Source of the DNA: a virus
Taxonomy: Duplodnaviria > Caudoviricetes
Reading direction: 5' to 3' (one strand)
Virus record (IMG/VR): IMGVR_UViG_3300022936_000002
Coordinates: 1-54,142 of that record
DNA length: 54,142 nucleotides
The position numbers were made by a program, and so were the translations under genes. Of the stretch, positions 9,274-17,477 are shown piece after piece (position 1 is the first letter of the stretch; each line of letters opens with the position of its first letter). The notes under the pieces were generated by a model. It was not told the DNA's origin, ran no database searches, and was given only the letters and a program-made list of their open reading frames with translations.

Positions 9274-9956
9274 TATTCCTCAATCTCAAACGAAACGGTC
9301 TGGAAACGGCCGAACCCGATAGCCCGGGCATCCCCAAGACCAACTAGGACTCCGGCATCATTTAGCACACTTTCCATTTGCGCCCGGTTAACCAGCGTTT
9401 TATCCCAGAGAATCTTAAAGGTACACTCCCACCCCGGCGAAGCGGCCAAACGATAACGCACGTTTCGTCCTTTGGTGCTAGGGTTACGAACAGAGCGCAC
9501 ATCGAGATAAACAGGTGCGCTCGTATCGCGTGACGGATCTTCGGCCTTCGTGATATCGAATTTGGCCTCAAGGTCGCCTGCTTCATACAGCCCGATACGG
9601 GGTATCTGCAACCCACCCTCCTTGTTTGCGAACACGGGATAACCGGGCATAAACCTATCGAGCAAAATCTGATCATCCAAAACTTGAAGTGTTGCGGCAA
9701 CGTCTGTCTGAATCGACCCCTTTCCCTTTTTCGTATATTTTGCCGCATTACGCAAGCACGAAAAGATATACGACCCATCGACAAAAAGCTGCCCGGTTTC
9801 TGTAACCATTGCCGATTTTTTCCACTCTTCGGGATCGTTTCCGGCAACGCCCGTGCGTTCCTGTTTTTCGAGAGGCAGTGATGCCTCGGTGAATCTGTGT
9901 TGTAGCAGGGGCCTTACGCCCCTGATCGTGATTGCTGCTCTAATAATATTCGACAT
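9273..9956 (-). CDS. Solo Cas7/RAMP-like protein (Vipr-like putative RNA-guided effector)
   Basis: N-terminal ITIRGVRPLLQH strand, LFVDGSYIFSCL, GWECTFKI, C-terminal G-rich loop AGVLVGLGDARAIGFGRF; no cas1/cas operon nearby. Confidence 0.8.
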   Translation of the reverse strand: MSNIIRAAITIRGVRPLLQHRFTEASLPLEKQERTGVAGNDPEEWKKSAMVTETGQLFVDGSYIFSCLRNAAKYTKKGKGSIQTDVAATLQVLDDQILLDRFMPGYPVFANKEGGLQIPRIGLYEAGDLEAKFDITKAEDPSRDTSAPVYLDVRSVRNPSTKGRNVRYRLAASPGWECTFKILWDKTLVNRAQMESVLNDAGVLVGLGDARAIGFGRFQTVSFEIEE

Positions 9957-9979
9957 ATTTTATTCTCCTTTCCTTAGTT

Positions 9980-10588
9980 TTACCAACATTCTGGACATTT
10001 TGTGCGTTTCTCTCTGATTAACCATCGCACCGACGAAAGGAACGGCTTACTGCCCTTTCGCGTTGCCGAGCACACGCTGCACGTTGCCTCTATTTCGTTA
10101 ATACCCATCCCCAATTCCTCATCTGCCTTCGCACTCGACGGGAATTCGGTGTAGGCAATACTTCCCGCTATAACGCCTAGAAGAACCCATTTGCATCTAT
10201 TTCGATACGGCCCGCGGCGCTTATTAAGAACGGCAGTTGTCCCGTTCGGCTTCGCGATACACGTATCCCCAAAATTGTCGTACGCGTAACCCACCAACAC
10301 TGGCGGGCGCACATCAGCTGATAATTCCACGTCCTGACGCTGCCAAATCGTGAGCGGTTCGCTATCACCGATGCGATCTGAGTACCCCGGCCTCATCAAT
10401 AAGCACGTTCCGTTTTCAATGCCGACGGCGCGCAAGCTATCGTCCTCGATTTGTACTACAGCGTGCAGGCCTTGCGCCTTCAAGACCGAATCGCTTGACT
10501 GATTAGTTGCACCAATATCTTTACCGTGCCGCCGAATAAAGCCGTTTTCAATCTTTGTGACTTTTTCTTTTGTGGTAATATTTCTCAT
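9980..10588 (-). CDS. Hypothetical protein: degenerate S24/LexA-like domain plus C-terminal Zn ribbon
   Basis: VQIEDDSLRAVGIENGTCLLM resembles V.GDSM..GI..GD; CSVC..CPEC. Confidence 0.55.
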   Translation of the reverse strand: MRNITTKEKVTKIENGFIRRHGKDIGATNQSSDSVLKAQGLHAVVQIEDDSLRAVGIENGTCLLMRPGYSDRIGDSEPLTIWQRQDVELSADVRPPVLVGYAYDNFGDTCIAKPNGTTAVLNKRRGPYRNRCKWVLLGVIAGSIAYTEFPSSAKADEELGMGINEIEATCSVCSATRKGSKPFLSSVRWLIREKRTKCPECW

Positions 10589-10658
10589 ATATTTAGTTCC
10601 TTTCCTAGGGATTAAATGAAGGGCTTTCCAGGTTTGCGCTTTGGAAAGCCTTTCGCCA

Positions 10659-10901
10659 TTAACCGAATAGCTCCTTAATCATCCCGGCCAGTTTAAGAAA
10701 TGCCGTTGAAGGCATATAGCCGTAAGCAATGCGTTTTACATTATTAGGATCGACGTGCTCAGCGACAAATCCGTGATGACGTGTTGAGTGGACAACAACG
10801 GAACCATATTGCGTTTCGATTTCCCCTGCTCGACCAGAGCCGACAACTTGATCTAACTTTCGTAGTGTCGGCCAGTGCTCCATGTCTATGTTATTTATCA
10901 T
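10659..10901 (-). CDS. Hypothetical protein, first gene of the leftward cassette operon
   Basis: 80-aa ORF with GAGG RBS downstream of a consensus promoter. Confidence 0.7.
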   Translation of the reverse strand: MINNIDMEHWPTLRKLDQVVGSGRAGEIETQYGSVVVHSTRHHGFVAEHVDPNNVKRIAYGYMPSTAFLKLAGMIKELFG

Positions 10902-10946
10902 ACTTACCTCACCGTATTTGTTTAGTTAATTACTTAACTAATAATG

Positions 10947-11039
10947 ATTTTACATTACGCGTATATACTTGTCAATAGTATATCGTATAGATATATCATT
11001 TATTTTCTTGACGCGTATATACGTGTTGTGCTATACAAT
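10947..11039. promoter_or_regulatory. Divergent sigma70 promoters, each containing ACGCGTATATAC (putative RHH operator)
   Basis: Minus strand TTGACA(10975-10970)-17-TAAAAT(10952-10947); plus strand TTGACG(11008-11013) then TATACAAT; 12-mer at 10957-10968 and 11011-11022. Confidence 0.75.
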
Positions 11040-11043
11040 AGGT

Positions 11044-11208
11044 ATGGCGAATAAAGGGAAAGAAAAACTGGAGAACGACGCCAATGTTTCGGTAAAGCTC
11101 CCATCCGCGCTGCTTGAAAAAGCGCGGGCGAAGTCTCGGGAAACAGGCGTGTCCATATCTTTTATTGTCCGGAAGGCTTTAGAGGAATGGGTAGCTAAAA
11201 GTAATTAG
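11044..11208 (+). CDS. Ribbon-helix-helix (CopG/Arc-like) regulator
   Basis: NVSVKLPSALLEKARAKSRETGVSISFIVRKALEEW; probable ATG at 11044. Confidence 0.85.
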   Translation: MANKGKEKLENDANVSVKLPSALLEKARAKSRETGVSISFIVRKALEEWVAKSN

Positions 11209-11226
11209 GTTCTATCGATCTTTTGC

Positions 11227-11296
11227 GGCGTGGTACAGCCAGGCTGGGAGAGGCGGGGCACGTTGTGGTGGGGCGGGGTTTGGTTTGGCAAGGTTT
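11227..11296 (+). ncRNA. (GGY-NN)14 pentamer array 2; putative guide RNA
   Basis: GGCgt GGTac AGCca GGCtg GGAga GGCgg GGCac GTTgt GGTgg GGCgg GGTtt GGTtt GGCaa GGTtt then T-rich tract; same GGCAAGG 3' end as array 1. Confidence 0.82.
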
Positions 11297-11309
11297 TTAT
11301 TTTGATGCC

Positions 11310-11627
11310 CTACTCTAGCTTCTTTAGCTTTTCTAGTATTTTTTTGCGGAGCGTTTCTTTACCCTGCCACGCCGCGGGTATAAGATAGGGCTGTGACGCC
11401 ATGCGGCTTGTGCCGAATTCCACGAATCCGGCGTGGGGGGCCGTGAACCCAACGCGTGATACATTGCCTTCGTGCTCTACCTGCATAGAATCGCGTAGTT
11501 CCCCTGTTCGTACAGGTGCGTTGCGCTGAGCGGTCACGCCAACCTCTTCGGCGGTTTCTACGCGCGCTTCATCTACCGCCGCCTTCGCCGCCGCCGTGAT
11601 CACGCGGATCCTGCTTACGATTCTCAT
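11310..11627 (-). CDS. HK97 gp10-like tail completion protein
   Basis: APVRTGELRDS..HAGFVEFGTSRMASQPYLIPA. Confidence 0.9.
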   Translation of the reverse strand: MRIVSRIRVITAAAKAAVDEARVETAEEVGVTAQRNAPVRTGELRDSMQVEHEGNVSRVGFTAPHAGFVEFGTSRMASQPYLIPAAWQGKETLRKKILEKLKKLE

Positions 11628-11875
11628 TTATCATTCCCGCTTCGTTTCTGCTCGATTTCCACTCGCGCATTATGCCCGCGGATTTCGCCCTGTTCGCACG
11701 TCAGGGCCATAGACTGCCACTTCGCTCTATCCGGCCGCGCCGCCAGCTCCCAGACCGGGACATTTAAGTAGCGGGCCGCGCGAACCAGATAGTAGTAAGG
11801 AGGCGGAGAACCTATTTCGCCTTCGCTGCCGAGCCACTGGCTGATTGCTCGGACGTCTGCGACTTTCCCTGCCAA
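11624..11875 (-). CDS. Tail assembly chaperone -1 frameshift extension (gpT-like)
   Basis: Lies in the -1 frame after the GGGAAAG slippery site. Confidence 0.75.
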   Translation of the reverse strand: MAGKVADVRAISQWLGSEGEIGSPPPYYYLVRAARYLNVPVWELAARPDRAKWQSMALTCEQGEIRGHNARVEIEQKRSGNDK

Positions 11876-12156
11876 TTCTCCGATACGAGCTCAAGAATAT
11901 GACCCAGGAAATCTGCCGGGCATTTAGACAGGTTTTCGAAGTTTGGCGGGAACGGCTCCCCGTTCATGTCGATGTCCCACCCCTTGATGATCTTGGAAAG
12001 CGCCGTTGCAAATTCTATCGGCTTTTCTTTGACATCCTGAAAGCACTGCATGATCTGGGGCGAGAGGGCGTTGTCGTAGACCTCGACCTGATATTTATGG
12101 CCTTTGTACTCGCTCGACAACGTTACAAACGATTCTGTTATTTCTGCGATATTCAT
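11812..12156 (-). CDS. Tail assembly chaperone (gpG-like)
   Basis: After tail tube; IIKGWDI..GEPFP motif; slippery site near the 3' end. Confidence 0.8.
   Translation of the reverse strand: MNIAEITESFVTLSSEYKGHKYQVEVYDNALSPQIMQCFQDVKEKPIEFATALSKIIKGWDIDMNGEPFPPNFENLSKCPADFLGHILELVSENWQGKSQTSEQSASGSAAKAK
11863..11869 (-). other. Programmed -1 frameshift heptamer G GGA AAG
   Basis: CAG GGA AAG in frame 0; identical to the lambda G/GT slippery sequence; -1 frame is open. Confidence 0.8.
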
Positions 12157-12165
12157 GTAAATTTC

Positions 12166-12582
12166 TTAGTAGGTCGAAGTTGCAATAGCGCCGTCCAGGG
12201 TGATCTCGGCCGTCAGTTCCATTACCGAATTGATCTCGATAGGATTGCCCACCTTGTGAATATGGACCGCGCCGGTGTACTTCGGATTGCCGCCCGTGCT
12301 GCCGATCGGGCCGAACTGGATGTTAACGGTGTTATCGCCGAGCAGGGCAGCGTGCAGCTGCGTAAAGATCGCGGCACTGTAGTAAAACGTCACCGAGAAC
12401 GTGGCACCGTACAGCCCTTTAAGGTTCGCCTTCGAGCCGTTGTTATTGAAGGTGTTCGCTTCCAGTAAGTCGCGCTCGATGTCATATCCTGCGCTCTTTA
12501 CGCTATTGGATAAATCAACGAGGGTTGAGGGTGTTCCGGTCGATCCCAGACGAAAATCTAAATTCTTTCCAACTGTAGGCAT
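12166..12582 (-). CDS. Major tail (tube) protein
   Basis: 138 aa directly upstream of chaperones; QFGPIGSTGGNPKYTG, ends LDGAIATSTY. Confidence 0.75.
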   Translation of the reverse strand: MPTVGKNLDFRLGSTGTPSTLVDLSNSVKSAGYDIERDLLEANTFNNNGSKANLKGLYGATFSVTFYYSAAIFTQLHAALLGDNTVNIQFGPIGSTGGNPKYTGAVHIHKVGNPIEINSVMELTAEITLDGAIATSTY

Positions 12583-12591
12583 AATATCTCC

Positions 12592-13332
12592 TTAAGATCC
12601 TGTGTAATTAAAGCTCATCGCGACTGCGACGGTATTCGTAGTTCCATCCGGGTTAGCGGCAACGCGCACGTAGCGGTTAACTGTGTCGTCCGTTTCTATG
12701 ATCTGCGTGCCGGTGTTGATCTCGTAGGTCGTATTTGTGATCAGGTCCACCCATACCGAGTTATTTGTCGAGTGCTGAATAACAACGTTTGCAACGTCAT
12801 CGCCGGCGAGAACATGAATTTGGGCGGTAAAGCCCGTAGATGATGCGCCGTTGTCGTAACTCGCGCCGTTCGTTGCGCCCGTTACAGTCTGGTTGAAGAG
12901 CCACACCCCATGCTGATAAGCCACTTTCCCGGCGCTCTGCGTGGAACTACCCGAAAGGCTCGCCATGATCAGACTGCCGGCCTCAATACCATCGATCGAA
13001 TACTTCGCGGTGTTGAGGTTGAGCATTACCGCTAAATCGCCGATAGTGAAACCGTCACCGATACTGAACATCATTAACTGCTCGTCATCGCTTGAAACGG
13101 CGCCTTGGAAGATGGAGTTGATCAGCACTTCAGCGTCGGGGTCGAACTCGTTGAACCCTTCGGCGGTCATTTCAACCGCATGCAGGCCCTTGGCGTTCTT
13201 CTTCGCTCCTGCACCGCAGAAGACATTTGCATCCATCAGGTCGCGCGATGCGTCGAGGCCGACCTTCTTGAGATAACAAGATAGGTCCCACCCGTTCAAA
13301 ATTACTTTTTCGCTTAAGCTTACCTGTGGCAT
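12592..13332 (-). CDS. Tail-tube-like paralog with C-terminal extension
   Basis: DLSCYLKKVGLDASRDLMDANVF..KGL aligns with DLSNSVKSAGYDIERDLLEANTF..KGL of the next gene. Confidence 0.65.
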   Translation of the reverse strand: MPQVSLSEKVILNGWDLSCYLKKVGLDASRDLMDANVFCGAGAKKNAKGLHAVEMTAEGFNEFDPDAEVLINSIFQGAVSSDDEQLMMFSIGDGFTIGDLAVMLNLNTAKYSIDGIEAGSLIMASLSGSSTQSAGKVAYQHGVWLFNQTVTGATNGASYDNGASSTGFTAQIHVLAGDDVANVVIQHSTNNSVWVDLITNTTYEINTGTQIIETDDTVNRYVRVAANPDGTTNTVAVAMSFNYTGS

Positions 13333-13335
13333 ATT

Positions 13336-13599
13336 TTATTCGTCCTTATGGATGATCTCGGCAACGACTATCTCGCCTTCCTTCGGAAGCGTGGGATCCT
13401 CGAAGTGCTTAATCGCCCCGCTCGCGAGCAATGCCTTCCAGACCGTGGGAGCAAAGTCTTCTTCCATTACGAAACGCGGCTTGGTCTTACCAGGATCGTA
13501 ACGACGCTCGCCGTCACCGTCCGGCACGTTAAAGCCCTTCACCACTTCATACGTTCGGGCAATCTGTTTCTCGGTTAGCGTGTCGGTTTTCTTTGCCAT
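13336..13599 (-). CDS. Hypothetical virion-region protein
   Basis: Tightly packed 87-aa ORF in the late operon. Confidence 0.7.
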   Translation of the reverse strand: MAKKTDTLTEKQIARTYEVVKGFNVPDGDGERRYDPGKTKPRFVMEEDFAPTVWKALLASGAIKHFEDPTLPKEGEIVVAEIIHKDE

Positions 13600-13601
13600 A
13601 A

Positions 13602-14030
13602 CTACTCTGTGAAAATATCTAAAAAGAATCCCTGGTGATAAATACTGCGGTCGCTCAATTTCTCCGTATATGACGGTATATCCTGCGTTCTGCGAACCAT
13701 TCGAACCGTGTTGCCCGTAAGGGTCATTGAATCGCCTATTGCGGTCTCACAAGCTGCAAGGATGGCCTCTCCCAACGCCTCCGGCTCGAGAGTTTGCGAA
13801 CTATCTTCGTCCGTCAGAGCCTTGATCATCCAAAGATCGCGTTCAGCAGCAAGGTTATTGCCTAGGGCGTAAATCGCGGGTCCCGGCGCCTGCCTCTGGA
13901 ATATCACATAGGGCCGTGCCGTGCCTTCGGGAGCCTGCTTGTGAAATATCCCCGTTACGAGGCCCGTCACATCGGAGACGTTTAGCTTCGCGAAAAGGGC
14001 AACTCGTACTTTCTCGGAAATGGCCGACAT
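13602..14030 (-). CDS. Tail terminator (DUF3168/gp17-like)
   Basis: QAPEGTARPYVIF motif; synteny. Confidence 0.75.
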   Translation of the reverse strand: MSAISEKVRVALFAKLNVSDVTGLVTGIFHKQAPEGTARPYVIFQRQAPGPAIYALGNNLAAERDLWMIKALTDEDSSQTLEPEALGEAILAACETAIGDSMTLTGNTVRMVRRTQDIPSYTEKLSDRSIYHQGFFLDIFTE

Positions 14031-14443
14031 TAGTTTTCCCTTTCTGCGATAACCTCAAAGACCACGCCGGACACGTCGCCGACCGCTAAAATTCTAAATA
14101 CCTTTACAGGCTCGTTTCCCCGTGCGTTTACGCTCAATCTGTGCAGCGAGGGGTCTAAATTGATCCTCGTGCCGTTCTGGTGCGTCGGGAGCGTCAATAC
14201 ATACTGCTGAGACGATACGTCCTGATCTCCCGCTGCTATCCGCTTCCCTGCACTGGCAGGCTCGTAAGATACAGGAACGTTCGAATAGACCGCGGGCGCC
14301 GATCCTTTAACCATTCCGCCGCCCGGACCCTGTACTTTTCCTTCGCCTAGAATGCTCATCGTATCGACGAGTCCTTTAGCGGCGAGCTTGGCGAAAATCT
14401 TTGGCGCTGTGCGCTGGCCCAGATTGTTTAGAATTCCGGCCAT
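14030..14443 (-). CDS. Head closure protein
   Basis: Synteny; QGPGGG and YVLTLP..FRILAV features. Confidence 0.65.
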   Translation of the reverse strand: MAGILNNLGQRTAPKIFAKLAAKGLVDTMSILGEGKVQGPGGGMVKGSAPAVYSNVPVSYEPASAGKRIAAGDQDVSSQQYVLTLPTHQNGTRINLDPSLHRLSVNARGNEPVKVFRILAVGDVSGVVFEVIAEREN

Positions 14444-14444
14444 G

Positions 14445-14780
14445 TCAGTACCATCTCAAAGAACTGAATCCCAACTCATTGCCGCCGTTCGCCGCATAAT
14501 CCCCTGCTGTTCCAGTAAGTGCGGGTAAGCCGAAGCGAAGTCGCGATCGATTCCGAATGCGGCCGATCGTCTCTTCAACACTGATCTGCGCGCCGAGCAA
14601 GGCGTTACTACCTCCGATATCAACGCCGTCCTTTTCGTCTGCGTACAAGCCGTTATCGACGAGCTGCGCGTCCCACTGAGCCTCTTCCAGAGATTCAATC
14701 CGGCCCTGGGCGTCACTATAGGAGTTAAGCCCCAGGACTTCGCGCGTGCTCTCGATTTGTTCCGGTGTCGGTGTCGGCAT
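14445..14780 (-). CDS. Putative head-tail adaptor
   Basis: Position between capsid and head closure; 111 aa, helical. Confidence 0.55.
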   Translation of the reverse strand: MPTPTPEQIESTREVLGLNSYSDAQGRIESLEEAQWDAQLVDNGLYADEKDGVDIGGSNALLGAQISVEETIGRIRNRSRLRFGLPALTGTAGDYAANGGNELGFSSLRWY

Positions 14781-15158
14781 TTACTTCTTTCGTTTCTTCG
14801 TCTCGACGTCCGGCAGCGAAACCCTCTCCGTGTCGTCAGCAGGTGGTAGGGCTTCCCCGGTGCCGTCGCCGGTGATCTCCTCTGGTACCTCCACGACCTC
14901 TTCGGGCGCGTCCTCGAGCACTTCTTCCAGAGATTCCGCTTTGGGTGCCGCTTCCGCGCCTGTTGCATCTGCGATCCTCGTTAAAAGATCGCCGAGATAT
15001 TCGAGCTGTACGGCCCGCCCGTGAGCAGGGTCCATACGGCCGATATTCGGCAGCCCCGTAACGTCGAGGTTGAATTTAGCCGCGAGTGCGGTGCTCGCCG
15101 TTTCAATGGTCTGCACCGCTATCGCTGTTTTCTTGGCTGTCTGAGCTTCACTTGCCAT
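14781..15158 (-). CDS. Hypothetical acidic protein after major capsid
   Basis: Probable start MASEAQ at 15158; coupled to neighbours. Confidence 0.6.
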   Translation of the reverse strand: MASEAQTAKKTAIAVQTIETASTALAAKFNLDVTGLPNIGRMDPAHGRAVQLEYLGDLLTRIADATGAEAAPKAESLEEVLEDAPEEVVEVPEEITGDGTGEALPPADDTERVSLPDVETKKRKK

Positions 15159-15162
15159 AGTT

Positions 15163-16236
15163 TTAGTACATCGGCGAACCGTAGTTCGTCGGGATTGCAT
15201 AAGTACCGTTGCCGATACGCGCTACGACGGCACCGACACGATTCCACGCACCGAAACCGGCACGACGGATGTACTGGCTCTCGTAGAAGGGGTGGTCATT
15301 GCGCTCCGCGACCTTGTTGAAACCGCGCAGGCTGTCTTCCACGTCCTCACGCATCGCAAGCGGACGATCGCCGCCCGTGGTAGTTGCGACCATGTAGCTA
15401 TCCGGCAGGCTCTTCCATTCCACGATCCAGCACTTGTCGGTGTAGCCGATAACGCGGCCCGGAACCTGGGCATCGAGATTGCCGACGAGGGTCGAAGTGT
15501 TCACACCTTCGCGGATGTTGGGATCGCCCTTTTCCTTGAAGTTCGCCAGCGCCTCAATCGAAGCCGTCAGATTTGACGGTACGAGCACAATGACCTCGCC
15601 CGAGTTCTCCGGGTGGGACATCAGCGCGTTATAGATGCCGGGGAAGGGATTGGTAGCATCCGCGATACCCGAAGCCTGCGCGATATAGTTCGTTGCGGTT
15701 GTCGGGGCATCTGCGCCGGTTAGCACGTTGTACACGGTCGAATCGCCGTTCGCAAGGCCCTGAATGGTCAGGCTTCCCCACTCTTCGTCGATAAACGTCC
15801 ATCCGTTGGTCGTGCTGAAAAACAGCGCGGCGAGGATGTGATCGCGGACCCATCGAGCATCGGCCATAATGAGCGTGCTTACTGCGTCGTTCACGTCCTG
15901 GACCCGCATTTTCTGCGAGGTGACGTAATCCGCGCCCCATGCTCCGCCTGCCATCTGAATCGGATAACCGACATCATACGAGCCCGCGGGCTTGATCGGC
16001 AGCGCGCGGCCGTTATTGTCGAGCGGCTGCAGACGGGCAGCGCTTACGGTCTTGAACCGGGTCTTATGCGCCGTTGTCCGGGTAGCGAACATCGAAATGA
16101 GCGCGTCAATCTGACGGTTGTGCTCATTGAGCGTGGTTACGATCGCTTTATCCATAACCTGAACGCCGACCTCAGTAACGCGCTTCGCCATGAGGTCCTT
16201 CATATTGTGAAATCCGTATAGGATCTGATTAGCCAT
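15163..16236 (-). CDS. Major capsid protein
   Basis: 357 aa after scaffold/decoration genes; C-terminal RRAGFGAWNRVGAVVARIG. Confidence 0.85.
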   Translation of the reverse strand: MANQILYGFHNMKDLMAKRVTEVGVQVMDKAIVTTLNEHNRQIDALISMFATRTTAHKTRFKTVSAARLQPLDNNGRALPIKPAGSYDVGYPIQMAGGAWGADYVTSQKMRVQDVNDAVSTLIMADARWVRDHILAALFFSTTNGWTFIDEEWGSLTIQGLANGDSTVYNVLTGADAPTTATNYIAQASGIADATNPFPGIYNALMSHPENSGEVIVLVPSNLTASIEALANFKEKGDPNIREGVNTSTLVGNLDAQVPGRVIGYTDKCWIVEWKSLPDSYMVATTTGGDRPLAMREDVEDSLRGFNKVAERNDHPFYESQYIRRAGFGAWNRVGAVVARIGNGTYAIPTNYGSPMY

Positions 16237-16254
16237 AGTAAAAGAACCTCCTGA

Positions 16255-16659
16255 TTACAACTCCACCGAAAGAATCTTATCGGCTGCTACGCCGAGCGTT
16301 TGAGCCCACCCCGGAAGCACCCGGCCTACCCTGACGCTCACGGTACCAGCGGCATCGCCAAGACGCGCGTCGGTGTCCGAAACGTAGATCGCGGCGTTAT
16401 AAGCCTGTGTAAACGTAAAGCCGTCCAGTTTTCCGCGACGGATCGCAGTTACCGGCTCGTTAGCGGCAACAGTTTTCGTCGCGATGCCGTAGATATTCGA
16501 CTCCGTGGCGTCCGTGCCGTTTCCGTTCACGAACTTGCCGCTTGTGTCGATGCGCACGGGAGCGCCGGCGGAAATCGCTTCTCCGGCGGGCGCGGTGTGC
16601 TGTTGAATTGATTCGACGACCTCGATTCTGTCGGCGGTCGCAACTGCGATGTTTGCCAT
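16255..16659 (-). CDS. Capsid decoration/cement protein
   Basis: AGEAISAGAPVRI..YGIA..ANEPVT motif. Confidence 0.75.
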   Translation of the reverse strand: MANIAVATADRIEVVESIQQHTAPAGEAISAGAPVRIDTSGKFVNGNGTDATESNIYGIATKTVAANEPVTAIRRGKLDGFTFTQAYNAAIYVSDTDARLGDAAGTVSVRVGRVLPGWAQTLGVAADKILSVEL

Positions 16660-16675
16660 ATTATTTGGACTCCAG

Positions 16676-17431
16676 TTAGAAAATATTGAGCGTTGACGCC
16701 GACTGTCTCGCCTGCGCGGCCTTCTCGGCCTCTATATCCGACGGCGGGCCTGTCGGTGTCGGGCCTCCGTTGAAGCCTGCCTTGGTATCGCTCTTCGCGT
16801 CGAGCGCGTTAGCGAAATCCCCCCAATGCTTGGTTTTGTAGTCGGCGTAAGGATGATCGGTTTCAGTCTCACCGTCTTTAGCGACGAGAATGCCCTTCTT
16901 CACCTTTTTGCCGTCTTCCTCGACCTCGACAACCTTCGGCGTTAAGCCGTCCTGTTTTATCAAGCGCGTTAATGCGCCCACGTTTTGAACTTCGACCGCC
17001 CGGGCGAATTCACCGATAGACTTCTCAAGCTTGAACCCTTCGTTTTCCTTGCGGATCGTTTCGACTTCCTCAAGCGTCTTACCGACAGTCTCGGGGTCGA
17101 GGTTCTTTTCCTTGAGCCTGGTTATCAACTCGGCTTCTTTCTTCGGCACCGTCACATACCCGTTGGGCACTGCTTTCGATTGCGCTGCGCTTAGATCTCC
17201 TGCCAGCTTGCCGATCTCGCCGTTCATGCGGGCGGTTTCGGATGTTAGGCGGTCGATCTCGGCCTTATCGGTCTTCTGTTTGGTGATAAGCTCGGTATTC
17301 TTTGCGAGTACCCCGGTAACAGACTCGAAGCCTTCGACCTGTAACTCGTACTTACCATCTTTCAAAACGTAAAATGCTTTTTGTTCCGTAGGAACTTCCG
17401 CTTCGGTAGCGTAAAACTGTTTCAATGCCAT
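16676..17431 (-). CDS. Capsid scaffolding protein
   Basis: MALKQFY..FYVLKDGKYELQVEG N-terminus, coiled coil, Pro/Gly tail. Confidence 0.75.
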   Translation of the reverse strand: MALKQFYATEAEVPTEQKAFYVLKDGKYELQVEGFESVTGVLAKNTELITKQKTDKAEIDRLTSETARMNGEIGKLAGDLSAAQSKAVPNGYVTVPKKEAELITRLKEKNLDPETVGKTLEEVETIRKENEGFKLEKSIGEFARAVEVQNVGALTRLIKQDGLTPKVVEVEEDGKKVKKGILVAKDGETETDHPYADYKTKHWGDFANALDAKSDTKAGFNGGPTPTGPPSDIEAEKAAQARQSASTLNIF

Positions 17432-17477
17432 CCGTTGGACTCCATTGTTCTGGGCGTTGCCCGTGGTGTGTAAAAAC

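Noticed and set aside
8872-11296. Canonical CRISPR array or CRISPR-Cas locus
   Set aside because: No 25-45-nt repeats with spacers and no cas1, cas3, cas5 or cas6; the units are pentamers
11845-12468. Long antisense ORFs such as 11845..12468, 25071..25673, 28905..29471 and 30540..31148
   Set aside because: They lie opposite well-supported genes and have no recognisable motifs
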